64,000 nucleotides of DNA from Candidatus Dormiibacterota bacterium (GTDB taxonomy: Bacteria; Chloroflexota; Dormibacteria; Aeolococcales; Aeolococcaceae), in NCBI GenBank assembly GCA_963718525.1, contig OY970355.1, positions 1,152,001-1,216,000 on the forward strand, read 5' to 3'. This document shows positions 28,357 through 37,843 of this stretch, piece after piece. The notes under the pieces were generated by a model. That model was not told where the DNA came from. It ran no database searches and saw nothing but the letters and a program-made list of their open reading frames with translations. A program made the position numbers and the translations under genes. Every line of letters begins with the position of its first letter. Position 1 is the first letter of the stretch.

Positions 28357-29036
28357 TCCGCGACATCATCGCTGCGGGGGAATGCGGCGCCTACGTCAGG
28401 TTCGGAACCGACATCGACCTGGGTACAAGCAGGACCATCCAGGCATTCGCATCCGCGCTGCGCGCCCTGCGACGGCCCGAGATCACAGACATCGTGCCCG
28501 GATATGTCTCGCTGTACATCGAATTCGATGTCCTGCTCGTGACATTGCGCGACGTGCAACGCATCGTTGAGGGCATCGATCCCATCGAGCTGCCGCGCCT
28601 TGAATCCGAGCCGGTCATCGAGGTCGGCGTGTATTACGGCGGCGAATATGGACCGGATCTCGCCCAGGTGGCCGCGGACTGCCGCATGTCGGAAGCCGAC
28701 GTCGTCGACATTCACTCGTCGAGCGAATACGAGGTGTTCTTCCTCGGGTTCACGCCCGGTTTCCCCTTCCTGGGAGTCGTTGACGAGCGCATCGCAGTGC
28801 CGCGTCTGGCCCGCCCGCGCACCAGGGTGCCGGCGGGTGCTGTTGGCATGGCGGGGCGGCAGACAGGTGTGTACCCGGTTGCGAGTCCCGGTGGCTGGCG
28901 TCTGATCGGGAGAACACCGGACAGGATGGTGGATCTTTCAGGACCGGAGCCTCAATTCCTGCTGATACCCGGCCGCCGGGTGCGGTTCGTTCCCAGAGAC
29001 CCCGGCGGGTTCTCCGCGAACGCTGGTCGCGAGTAG
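28353..29036 (+). CDS. pxpB: 5-oxoprolinase subunit B
   Basis: YGGEYGPDL, GFTPGFPFLG, VPAGAVG, YPVASPGGWRLIGRT. Confidence 0.9.
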   Translation: MIRDIIAAGECGAYVRFGTDIDLGTSRTIQAFASALRALRRPEITDIVPGYVSLYIEFDVLLVTLRDVQRIVEGIDPIELPRLESEPVIEVGVYYGGEYGPDLAQVAADCRMSEADVVDIHSSSEYEVFFLGFTPGFPFLGVVDERIAVPRLARPRTRVPAGAVGMAGRQTGVYPVASPGGWRLIGRTPDRMVDLSGPEPQFLLIPGRRVRFVPRDPGGFSANAGRE

Positions 29037-29054
29037 GCGGGAGCGGGTACCCAT

Positions 29055-30002
29055 ATGGTCGGCACCGTTCGCGTGCTGCGATCCGGTCCACGAACGACGG
29101 TCCAGGACGGTGGCCGGCACGGTTACCAACACATCGGCTTCGGCGTCGCGGGGGCATCCGACGAGCGCTGCGCCCGATTGGCGAATCACCTCGTCGGGAA
29201 TGGCCCGGATGCAGCGATCCTGGAGTCGACCATACAGGGACCCCGGCTCCAGTTCACGGGGTCGGCTCAGCTGAGCGTCGTCGGATGCGATCCCGCGATC
29301 ACGGTGAACGGCGTCGTAACGGACGGCAACTGCACGCTGACGCTGGCGCCTGGGGATGTCGTCGATGTCGCACGGACCGGTGGAGCGCGGGCATACATCG
29401 GTATTCGTGGCGGCGTCAGCGTGCCGCTCGCACTCAACTCTCGATCGACGGACCTGGTCGCGGGCTTTGGTGGCCATCATGGGAGGCCGATCCAGCAGGG
29501 CGATGAATTCGACATTGCCCTCGCGGATCCGATCCGGCGGCGAGGCATTCGGGAGCCCTGGCGTCCGGTCAGGCGGGTGTCCATCGAGGTCCGCTGTGTC
29601 CTCGGCCCTGAAGCGGAACTGTTCACCGACCGCGAGCACGAGGTGTTCATCACCTCGCCCTACCTTGTGCACCACGACTCCAACAGCATGGGGCTGCGCC
29701 TCGACGGCTCGGTGGTCGCCTCACCGCGGCACATCCTCTCTGAAGGTCAGCCCGCGGGCTCCGTCCAGATCCCTCCCGGTGGTCAGCCGATCGTGTTGCT
29801 GCCGGCGCGGCAGACACTCGGCGGCTACCCCAAGATTGCCGTGGTCGTCCGTCCGGATCTGTCGATGCTCGCGCAGGCGCTCCCCGGGGACACCGTCAAC
29901 TTCACACGGATCGAGATCGAAAACGCGACGGCGCTGACGCGGCGGTGGCTCCGTGACCTGACGACTGCGGCAACCGTGACCGACATGCTCGAGGCCGGCT
30001 AG
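29055..30002 (+). CDS. pxpC: 5-oxoprolinase subunit C
   Basis: TTVQDGGR, ANHLVGN, SRST, MGLRL, GSVQIPPGGQPIVL, TLGGYPKIA. Confidence 0.9.
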   Translation: MVGTVRVLRSGPRTTVQDGGRHGYQHIGFGVAGASDERCARLANHLVGNGPDAAILESTIQGPRLQFTGSAQLSVVGCDPAITVNGVVTDGNCTLTLAPGDVVDVARTGGARAYIGIRGGVSVPLALNSRSTDLVAGFGGHHGRPIQQGDEFDIALADPIRRRGIREPWRPVRRVSIEVRCVLGPEAELFTDREHEVFITSPYLVHHDSNSMGLRLDGSVVASPRHILSEGQPAGSVQIPPGGQPIVLLPARQTLGGYPKIAVVVRPDLSMLAQALPGDTVNFTRIEIENATALTRRWLRDLTTAATVTDMLEAG

Positions 30003-30014
30003 GTCGGTGGTCCC

Positions 30015-31295
30015 ATGAACCAGGGCCCGCTGGCGATTCTCAACCGCGACGCCCGCGTGCTCTTCGCTGCACGCACTGGGCGGATGTTTGCCTATGGCTT
30101 CGTTTCCGTGATCCTCGTGATCTACCTTGCGGCCCTGGGCTTCGACGGTCTGCACATCGGCCTGCTGCTCACCCTCACGCTGGTCGGCGATGCGGCGATC
30201 AGCCTGTGGCTGACGACGCACGCTGACGCCCTCGGCCGGCGGCGCGTCCTCCAGGTTGGGGCGCTGCTGATGGCCGGCGCGGGAATCGCCTTCACGCTGT
30301 CCGGCAACTTCTGGATACTCCTCGTGGCGGCCACCATCGGGGTCATCAGCGTCAGCGGCAGCGAGGTGGGGCCGTTCATCGCCGTGGAGCAGGCTTCGTT
30401 GAGCCATCTCCTGCCCGCCCGGGAACGGACTCGGGTGTTTGCGTGGTACAGCCTGGTCGGCTCGTTCGCCGTGGCGCTGGGCGCCCTTGCCGCGGGGTCG
30501 CTGGTGAGCGGGCTTCGTGCCATCGGCGCGTCGCCGATCGACAGCGATCGAGCGGTGGTTGTGGGGTATGCGCTGGTGGGTGTGTTGCTGTGGATCGGGT
30601 TCCGGCTGCTTTCACCGGCGATCGAGCTCGACGCGGCGGACCAATCCACGATCGCTGGACGCCTTGGCCTGCATCGATCGCGCGCGACCGTGTTCAGGCT
30701 CTCCGGGTTGTTCGGCCTCGACGCTTTTGGTGGTGCTCTGGTTGCGCAGAGCCTGGTGGCGTACTGGTTCACGCTGCGATACGGAGCGCAGCCGGTGCTG
30801 CTGGGCGTGCTCTTCTTTGTCGCGAATGTCCTCGCCGGCCTGTCCGCGCTGGTTGCGGCCAGTCTTGCCAAGCGCATCGGGCTGATTCGCACCATGGTCT
30901 TCACGCACCTTCCCGGGAACGTTCTGATCATCGCCCTCCCGCTCATGCCCAACCTGTTGCTGGCGGCGCTGGTCCTGTTTGCCCGGTTCAGCGTCAATCA
31001 GATGGACATCCCCGCACGGCAGTCATATCTGCTCGCGGTGGTCGACCCCGACGAACGCTCGGCTGCCGGCGGTGTCACCGCCATCGCACGCACACTCTCG
31101 GCGGCACCGGCACCGTTGCTTTCGACTCCGCTCATCGGAGTCGCCGCCCTCGCGAGCATTCCGTTCTTCGTGGGCGGGGCGCTGAAGCTCACCTACGACC
31201 TGGCGCTCTATATCCTCTTCCGAGCCCTGCACCCGCCCGAGGAGGCTCCCGTGATCACAGAGGTCACGGCATTGGATGCGAGCGGGCCGCGCTGA
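30015..31295 (+). CDS. MFS transporter
   Basis: About 12 TM segments, ADALGRRRVL, GPFIAVEQA, QMDIPARQSY. Confidence 0.85.
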   Translation: MNQGPLAILNRDARVLFAARTGRMFAYGFVSVILVIYLAALGFDGLHIGLLLTLTLVGDAAISLWLTTHADALGRRRVLQVGALLMAGAGIAFTLSGNFWILLVAATIGVISVSGSEVGPFIAVEQASLSHLLPARERTRVFAWYSLVGSFAVALGALAAGSLVSGLRAIGASPIDSDRAVVVGYALVGVLLWIGFRLLSPAIELDAADQSTIAGRLGLHRSRATVFRLSGLFGLDAFGGALVAQSLVAYWFTLRYGAQPVLLGVLFFVANVLAGLSALVAASLAKRIGLIRTMVFTHLPGNVLIIALPLMPNLLLAALVLFARFSVNQMDIPARQSYLLAVVDPDERSAAGGVTAIARTLSAAPAPLLSTPLIGVAALASIPFFVGGALKLTYDLALYILFRALHPPEEAPVITEVTALDASGPR

Positions 31296-31346
31296 TCGGA
31301 ATTGCGCCCGCGCGACCGATCCATCTGCACGCGCGCCGGCAAGTCG

Positions 31347-31420
31347 TACCCCGTATCGGATTCGAACCGATGGTCTCCGCCTTGAGAGGGCGGTGTCCTG
31401 GGCCACTAGACGAACGGGGC
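31347..31420 (-). tRNA. tRNA-Glu (anticodon CUC), CCA not encoded
   Basis: GCCCCGTTCGTCTAGTGGCCCAGGACACCGCCCT-CTC-AAGGCGGAGACCATCGGTTCGAATCCGATACGGGGTA folds as a cloverleaf with a GGTTCGAATCC T-arm; followed by CGA; upstream TATGAT. Confidence 0.95.
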
Positions 31421-31464
31421 CCGAAGGCCCCGGATCATACCAGCGCCCGGACGTGCCTCCCGGC

Positions 31465-33351
31465 TCAGACCTGGTCGGGGGCGGCCATCCCGAGGGTGTG
31501 CAGCGCATCGGCCAGCGTGACCCGCGTGGCCGCGACCAGCCCGCGCCGGAACCGTCGCATCTGGGAGTCCTCCTCGCGGACGATCGCCGGCGTGTGCTCG
31601 TAGAAGTCGCTGAATGCCGATGCAAGACCGAACGCGTAGGTCGTGAGCAGGGACGGCGAGAGCGCGGCCGCCGTCTCGGTGAGCGCCCGCGCGTACGCCT
31701 CGATGCTGTGGAGCAACTCCCGCTCTGCTGGGTGCAGCTCCGCGGGAAACGCAACCGGCTCAGCGCCGTCGGTGACCTTGCGCAGGATACCGGCGGCCCG
31801 AGCATGCGCGTATTGCAGGTACACCCCAGTGTCACCGGTGACGCGCAGCGCCTCATCGAAGTCGAAGGCGATGATCTGATTCAGTGAGAACTTGAGCAGG
31901 TAGTAGCGCACGGCCCCTGCGGCAACCGCTGTTGCGCTGGCGGCGTCGCGAGCGTTGGCGCTGAGCCGCGCGATCGCTCGGTCCAGCAGATCGTCGGCGC
32001 GAACCTCGATGCCGCGCCGGCCGCTCAACGCCACGCTTTCCCGACCCTCCTCGATCTCGACGCCAAGCTCGGCGGCTGCCGCCGGTGTCAGCGCCACGAC
32101 CTCGTAGCTCAGGTGGATCGAGTTGTCCGCCTCTCGCTCGTGGTGCAAGCGTCGCAATGCGCGCTGCACCACTCGCTGCGGATATGCCTGGCGTGCGTCG
32201 ATGACGTTGATGACGCGCTGGGCATGCCCGAAGTGCGCGGGAGGATCTCCGGGCTGCGGCTGCGACGTCGTGGTCACCAGGCTCGGGTCATTCTCCCAAT
32301 GCGTATAGGAGAAGTCGCGCCCGAGCAACCCGAATTTCCAGAGCTGATAAGCGATATCCTTCGCCGTATACGTGGCGATACCGTCAGATTTGACCAGAAC
32401 CTTGGTGTCGTCGTCAGCGTCGTCATCCGCCGTGTCAGCCGGCATCACCCAGCAACCGGCGAGCTTGCCGGTCTCGACGAGGACGATCGCTCCTGCCTCG
32501 CGCAGCAGCTCGAAGGCGTGACGCCAGAAACCCAGCGCGATGATGTCGGACTCCCAGGTCAGCAGGTCGTAGGAGATGTCGAACCGGCGCATCGTCGCGA
32601 GATGCGCGTTGACGATCCGACGCGCGAGGTCCTTCACGAACGCGGCTGTCTCGTTGCCTCCCAACTCCACCTCGCGCAGCACGGCCTGTCGACGCTCGAG
32701 GAGTGCGGTATCGGTCTCGTAGCGAGCGGATACCGCGATGTACACGCGCGAGCAATACTGGTCGAACGGCTCGCCAGGCATCGGTTCGATGCCGAGCTCG
32801 CGAATGCCCACGACGACGTCTGCGACCTGAACCCCGGTGTCGTCGATGTAGTTGTTCACCTCGACGCTATGGCCGGTGCGCCGGAGGACGCGGGCGACCG
32901 TGTCCCCGATGCACGCGTTACGCAGGTGGCCGATGTGCGCGGCTTTGTTCGGGTTGGTCGCCGTGTGCTCGACGAGCGTCTTCCCGGCGCCGCCGGCGGC
33001 TTCGATAGGCACGTCGACCGTGCCTGCCGTCTCGAGGACCGCAGCCGTCGCGAGCACCGCCTCGGCCCAGGCACGGTCGTCGAGGTGGGCGTTGACGTAG
33101 CCCGGCGGGGTCACCGTCCAGGCACGCACCCGAGGTACGTGCGCGGCTTCGAGGCGGGCGGCGAGCTCCTCGGCGATCGCCAGGGGCGCGCGCCGCAGCA
33201 CGCGGGCCAGCCCCAGCGGCGAAGGCGTCGACCAGTCACCGAACTCCGGGCGGGCCGAGCGCTCGACCACGACCTCGAAGGAGGGATCCACGCCCGAGTC
33301 GTCGAGGGCGCGCCGCACGGCCTGGAGCAGCAGCGTCCTGGTGTCAGCCAT
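31465..33351 (-). CDS. argS: Arginyl-tRNA synthetase
   Basis: VEHTATNPNKAAHIGHLRN, NYIDDTGVQ, YTAKDIAY, LSGRRG, GDTGVYLQYAHARA. Confidence 0.93.
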   Translation of the reverse strand: MADTRTLLLQAVRRALDDSGVDPSFEVVVERSARPEFGDWSTPSPLGLARVLRRAPLAIAEELAARLEAAHVPRVRAWTVTPPGYVNAHLDDRAWAEAVLATAAVLETAGTVDVPIEAAGGAGKTLVEHTATNPNKAAHIGHLRNACIGDTVARVLRRTGHSVEVNNYIDDTGVQVADVVVGIRELGIEPMPGEPFDQYCSRVYIAVSARYETDTALLERRQAVLREVELGGNETAAFVKDLARRIVNAHLATMRRFDISYDLLTWESDIIALGFWRHAFELLREAGAIVLVETGKLAGCWVMPADTADDDADDDTKVLVKSDGIATYTAKDIAYQLWKFGLLGRDFSYTHWENDPSLVTTTSQPQPGDPPAHFGHAQRVINVIDARQAYPQRVVQRALRRLHHEREADNSIHLSYEVVALTPAAAAELGVEIEEGRESVALSGRRGIEVRADDLLDRAIARLSANARDAASATAVAAGAVRYYLLKFSLNQIIAFDFDEALRVTGDTGVYLQYAHARAAGILRKVTDGAEPVAFPAELHPAERELLHSIEAYARALTETAAALSPSLLTTYAFGLASAFSDFYEHTPAIVREEDSQMRRFRRGLVAATRVTLADALHTLGMAAPDQV

Positions 33352-33408
33352 ATCGCGCAAGGGTAACGGGGAGCACGGCTCGGTCCCGACCGGCGACAAT
33401 GCGGCGCC

Positions 33409-34269
33409 GTGGACTCGCGACCATGTGTGATCCCGGCCGCGGGCCTGGGGACGCGCTTTCTCCCTGCCACCAAGGAGCTCCCCAAAGAGTTGCTCCCGGT
33501 CCTCGATCGCCCTGTGATCCAGTGGGCGGTGGAGGAGGCGGTCGCGTCAGGCGTCGACGAGATTGTGCTGGTGCTTGCCGAGGGGAAGGAGGCGCTTGCC
33601 GCTCATTTGCGTCCCGATCCTCCGCTCGAGCGGCTGCTCGAGGAGCGGGGCAAGTTCGCGGAGCTGGAGGCTGTGCGCCGGGCGGGGAATCTCTGCCGGG
33701 TGACGGTGGCCCGTCAGGCGTCCCCTCGCGGCCTCGGTGACGCAGTGCTCTGTGCTGCCGGCGCCGTCGGAGAGAGGACCTTCCTCTGCATGCTCCCTGA
33801 CGACCTCTCCCTGGCGGAACCGCCGATCCTGCGTCAACTCTGGAACGCGCATGAGGAGCTCGGGACGTCCATCCTTGCTCTGATGCGGGTCCCCACGGAT
33901 CAGATTTCAAGATACGGATGCGCCGAGATCGCCGAGTCGCGTGGCAAGCTGCATCGGGTGACGGGTCTTGTCGAGAAGCCACCGGCCGCCGAGGCGAAGA
34001 GCGACCTCGCCGTGATGGGCAGATATGTGCTGACCCCGGCGATCTTCCCTGCGCTTCGCGAGACCGAGCCTGGCGCGCTCGGGGAGATCCAGCTCACGGA
34101 TGCGATCGCGCGCGTGCTCGGGACCGGCGAGGTCTGGGGTGTCGAGTTCGAGGGTGAGCTGCTCGACGTCGGAACGCCCGCCGGCTGGCTGGCCACCAAC
34201 ATGCGCCTGGCGCGCGACCACCCGGAGTTCCGCAGCGCCGTGCTTAGCGTCGCTGGAACAGGGGCTTGA
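33409..34269 (+). CDS. galU: UTP-glucose-1-phosphate uridylyltransferase
   Basis: IPAAGLGTRFLPATKELPKELLP, RQASPRGLGDAV, VEKP, GRYVL, GEIQLTDAI. Confidence 0.92.
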   Translation: MDSRPCVIPAAGLGTRFLPATKELPKELLPVLDRPVIQWAVEEAVASGVDEIVLVLAEGKEALAAHLRPDPPLERLLEERGKFAELEAVRRAGNLCRVTVARQASPRGLGDAVLCAAGAVGERTFLCMLPDDLSLAEPPILRQLWNAHEELGTSILALMRVPTDQISRYGCAEIAESRGKLHRVTGLVEKPPAAEAKSDLAVMGRYVLTPAIFPALRETEPGALGEIQLTDAIARVLGTGEVWGVEFEGELLDVGTPAGWLATNMRLARDHPEFRSAVLSVAGTGA

Positions 34270-34739
34270 TGGACGCTTTGCGGCGGGAGTGGGGTGCGGT
34301 GACGTTCGTGGTCACGATCCTGGTGGGCGCTATCGCCGTCGCGATCTCACTGGGAGTATCGGCCTCCCACGGGACGCCGGTGGTATCCGCGCCTCCGTGC
34401 CCGACCTATACGCCCTACGTGGTCACGCCGACGCCGGTGCCGACGGCGACGCCCAAGCCCACCGTGAGCGGCAAGCCCACTCCGACGCCGACCGCGACCG
34501 CGACGCCGATCCCGACGCCCACCGCCACCGCGGCCCCGTTCAACCCGCAGCTGCAGGGCTGCCCGACGGCGCCGCTCCCGCCGACCGCGGCGCCGACACC
34601 GACCCCCAAAACCAGCCCGACCGCCGTGGGGGCAACCCCCACGCCGGTGCCGACCGCGACGCCGACGCCGGTTCCCACCATCGCGCCGACCGCAACGCCA
34701 CTACCGACTGGCACGCCGACGCCCACCGCGACAACCTGA
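34269..34739 (+). CDS. Membrane-anchored Pro/Thr-repeat protein
   Basis: N-terminal TM followed by PT/TP low-complexity repeats with two Cys; TGATG coupling to galU. Confidence 0.65.
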   Translation: MDALRREWGAVTFVVTILVGAIAVAISLGVSASHGTPVVSAPPCPTYTPYVVTPTPVPTATPKPTVSGKPTPTPTATATPIPTPTATAAPFNPQLQGCPTAPLPPTAAPTPTPKTSPTAVGATPTPVPTATPTPVPTIAPTATPLPTGTPTPTATT

Positions 34740-34751
34740 TCGCCGAGCGCG

Positions 34752-35279
34752 TCAGAGGGCGAAGAGCAGCCTGTTGCCGTTCTCGGGAGTGATCGACGAG
34801 CGCTGCAGCTCGATGTCGACCGACGGCGCATGCCCGGTATCGATGACCACGGCGATCCGCTCGGAGAGGCGCAGCCCGCCGATGCGTACGCAGTCGCGGA
34901 GGAAGGTGAACGCCATCGGGCGGACGAGATTCCAGATGTACCCGCGGACGGCCTGGGCGGTGTCCGCCGATTCCAGCAGAGTCTCACCCGCGCGCATGCT
35001 TCGATCCTGGAACGCCAGCACGCAGACCTCGTCGGTCAGCTGTACCGGGGAGGTCCAAGAATACTGGTCGTCAGCAGCGTGCGACCCGACGATCCGATCC
35101 TTGTCGGCGAAGAGTGCCAGGCGCTCCACGAGCAGCTGCATCGGACCGGCCGGCCCTTCGACAAAGAGGGGGATGTCGCGGAGCGGCTCGCTGCGCTCCT
35201 GTGCCGGATAGCGCGCCGAGAATCCAAGATCCTCAATGCCGCTGAAGGGCGCGGGCACCTTGATGACCAGCTCGTCCAT
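34752..35279 (-). CDS. Hypothetical protein (175 aa)
   Basis: Globular-looking composition, GAGG upstream, fills the gap between flanking genes; no recognised motif. Confidence 0.6.
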   Translation of the reverse strand: MDELVIKVPAPFSGIEDLGFSARYPAQERSEPLRDIPLFVEGPAGPMQLLVERLALFADKDRIVGSHAADDQYSWTSPVQLTDEVCVLAFQDRSMRAGETLLESADTAQAVRGYIWNLVRPMAFTFLRDCVRIGGLRLSERIAVVIDTGHAPSVDIELQRSSITPENGNRLLFAL

Positions 35280-35396
35280 CAGCGAGCCTCACTCATCAGG
35301 ACTTTCACGTTGCTCATCACGACAACCCTGTGCGCGAATCTACCACAGGCATTGAGCGAATCGAGCGCGTGGAGTGATTGCTACACTCGCGCGACG

Positions 35397-36566
35397 ATGC
35401 CGGCACTCGACGACGTTCGAGTCCTCGACCTGACCAGATTGCTCCCAGGTCCGTTCTGCACCTTGATGCTCGCGGATTTCGGTGCGGACGTCGTCAAGGT
35501 TGAGGACACCACCGGCGGTGACTACATGCGCTGGATGCCGCCGCTCGTCGACGAGTACTCCGCGATGTTCCACCCGCTGAATCGCAACAAGCGTTCGCTG
35601 GCGATCGACCTCAAGCATGCACTCGGGCGTGAGGCGTTTCTCCGCCTCGCCGCCACTGCCGACGTGGTCGTCGAGAGCTTTCGCCCGGGCGTGATGGACC
35701 GTCTCGGACTGGGGTTCGCCACGCTGCACGAGGCCAATCCCAAACTGGTGCTCTGCAGCATTAGCGGTTATGGCCAGGATGGACCGTTTCGTGAGCGTGC
35801 GGGGCACGACCTCAACTATGCGGCCGTGGCCGGTGTGCTCCTGCTCGGTGGCAGTGCCGCTGAGGGTCCGGCGATGCCCGGGCTGCAGGTGGGGGACCTC
35901 GGTGGCGGTGCGCTGGATGCCGCGCTCGCGATCATGGTCGCGCTCCATCACGCAGCTCGCACCGGGCAGGGGCAGCACTGCGACGTCTCGATGGTCGATG
36001 GGCTGATCAGCTGGACCGCGGTGCATGCTTCGCAACTCTTTGCGACGGGGGCGGTGCCGGGGCCGGGCGATGGTCTGCTGACCGGGCGCTTTCCGTGCTA
36101 TCGGATCTATGCCTGCGCCGACGGGTACCTGTCGGTCGGTGCGTTGGAGCCGAAGTTCTGGCGTGAGTTCGTCGAGGTCATCGGCGTCCCCGAGCTCGCC
36201 GACAGTGGCCTCGTCGCAGGCGACGAGGGGCGCCGCGCGATCACCGCAGTCGAGGCGGTGTTGCGCACCAGGACGCGCGCGCAGTGGGAGCTGGCGCTTG
36301 CGGGACATGACGTCTGCGTCGAGCCGGTGCTCGACGTCGGCGAGACCTTCGAGCATCAGCAGGTACGCAGCCGCGCGATGCGTCTCGACGCCGGTGAGGG
36401 GAGACCGACCGCTCAGACGGGCTTCCCCATTCGGCTCATGGGCACGCCGGCCGCCTATCGCCGCGCCGCGCCCGGGTACGGGGAGCACACGGATGAGGTG
36501 CTCGCCGAGGCAGGCCTCGACACTGCGGAGCTTTCGATGCTGCGCGCGTCAGGGGTGATCAGATGA
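35397..36566 (+). CDS. CaiB/BaiF family (class III) CoA-transferase / acyl-CoA racemase
   Basis: RVLDLTRLLPGP, LADFGADVVKVE, NRNKRS, ESFRPGVMDRLG, GHDLNY, PGYGEHT. Confidence 0.9.
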   Translation: MPALDDVRVLDLTRLLPGPFCTLMLADFGADVVKVEDTTGGDYMRWMPPLVDEYSAMFHPLNRNKRSLAIDLKHALGREAFLRLAATADVVVESFRPGVMDRLGLGFATLHEANPKLVLCSISGYGQDGPFRERAGHDLNYAAVAGVLLLGGSAAEGPAMPGLQVGDLGGGALDAALAIMVALHHAARTGQGQHCDVSMVDGLISWTAVHASQLFATGAVPGPGDGLLTGRFPCYRIYACADGYLSVGALEPKFWREFVEVIGVPELADSGLVAGDEGRRAITAVEAVLRTRTRAQWELALAGHDVCVEPVLDVGETFEHQQVRSRAMRLDAGEGRPTAQTGFPIRLMGTPAAYRRAAPGYGEHTDEVLAEAGLDTAELSMLRASGVIR

Positions 36567-37216
36567 GCCAGGCCGGCGACGTGGCACAGGGCCCGCGCCA
36601 CGCTCCCCGGAGCACCCGGAGCGCGCAGACCCGCGAGCGCATTGTCGCCGCCGCCATCGAGGTGTTCGCCCGCTCCGGCTTTCACGGCGCGAAGGTCGCC
36701 GACATCGCCGAGCAGGCGGGCATCGCGTACGGGCTTGTCTACCACTACTTTCACAACAAGGAGGACATCCTCGCGGCGATCTTCACGGAGCGCTGGGCGG
36801 AATACGTCACCTATCTCCACGACGTGGCGAGCATGGAGATCGGCTTCCGTGAACAGATGCGACGCCTCGTGCACTTCTGGGTCGAGGTCTATCGGCGCGA
36901 GCCCGGCCTGATGACCGTGATGATCAACGAGGTGACGCGCTCCTACGAGTTCCTCGAGTCCCACGACATCGGCACCGTGATGGCGGCCTTCGATGTCATC
37001 GAGCAGATCATCCGCAGCGCACGCGACCGCGGCGAGGTGGCCGCCGGCGTCGATCCTCAGCTCGCGAGCTACGTGGTCTTCGGCGCCGCCGAGATGGTCC
37101 TGAGCGGCTATGTCATCGGCACGCTGCGTCGTGACGATGCTGCGGCATTCAGCGCCGACGAGGCGCAGATGCTCGAGGTGCTCCTCGACGGTCTCGCGCC
37201 GCGCTCGTCTACCTGA
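36563..37216 (+). CDS. TetR/AcrR family transcriptional regulator
   Basis: IVAAAIEVFARSGFHG...DIAEQAGIAYGLVYHYFHNKEDIL. Confidence 0.9.
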   Translation: MSQAGDVAQGPRHAPRSTRSAQTRERIVAAAIEVFARSGFHGAKVADIAEQAGIAYGLVYHYFHNKEDILAAIFTERWAEYVTYLHDVASMEIGFREQMRRLVHFWVEVYRREPGLMTVMINEVTRSYEFLESHDIGTVMAAFDVIEQIIRSARDRGEVAAGVDPQLASYVVFGAAEMVLSGYVIGTLRRDDAAAFSADEAQMLEVLLDGLAPRSST

Positions 37217-37802
37217 CGGTGGCATCCCACCAGAGGTTGACGGCGCGAGACGTCGCATCAAAACCGCCACCGTTGTCGATGACCCACGTTGCTCTGAGCC
37301 GCTTCTCGTCGATGGGAAGCTGTGCCGCGAGCCGCTGCAACGCGGCAGTCTCGTCGAGGCCGTTGCGCTCGCGCAGCCGTAGGAGCTGCACCTCGCGCGG
37401 TGCGTAGACGAGCAGGACTCCTTCGAACATCGCTTCACGCTCGTTCTCGAAAAGCAGCGGCATGTCGACGGCGACCAGTGGCGCCGGGCCTGCCAGCGCG
37501 GCTGCAACACGCTCCTGAGTCAATTCGAAGATCCGCGGATGCGTGATCTGCTCGAGGTCGCGGCGTGCCGACGGATCCGCGAACACGACGTGACCCAGGC
37601 GTGCGCGGTCGAGCGTGCCGTCGGCCTGGATCATGTCCCCGCCAAATCGCGCGGCCACCTCGTCCAGGGTGGCCTCACCGGGGCGCACCGCCTCACGGGC
37701 AAGCTCGTCGGCGTCGACCACGACAGCCCCGCGCTGCTCGAGCATCCGGTCGACCGTGCTCTTGCCGGTCGCGATTCCCCCGGTGATGCCGATCAGGCGC
37801 AT
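37209..37802 (-). CDS. coaE: Dephospho-CoA kinase
   Basis: IGITGGIATGKSTV, DADELAR, LDRARLG, ITHPRI, PLLFE. Confidence 0.93.
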   Translation of the reverse strand: MRLIGITGGIATGKSTVDRMLEQRGAVVVDADELAREAVRPGEATLDEVAARFGGDMIQADGTLDRARLGHVVFADPSARRDLEQITHPRIFELTQERVAAALAGPAPLVAVDMPLLFENEREAMFEGVLLVYAPREVQLLRLRERNGLDETAALQRLAAQLPIDEKRLRATWVIDNGGGFDATSRAVNLWWDATVR

Positions 37803-37843
37803 GGTCGTGGACCGTACTCCTGCAGGGCCGCCGACAGCAGCGA

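Noticed and set aside
27400-31420. Genomic island integrated at tRNA-Glu carrying pxpABC-MFS
   Set aside because: No integrase and no duplicated tRNA 3' end found by eye.
34420-34735. Tandem CCGACG-type repeats resembling an array (also 58500-58700)
   Set aside because: Codon-level repeats encoding Pro/Thr tracts; no constant repeat-spacer structure, so not CRISPR.
35280-35320. Hammerhead-like words CTGATGAG and GAAA on the minus strand
   Set aside because: GAAA lies only 3 nt before CTGATGAG, leaving no room for stems I and III.
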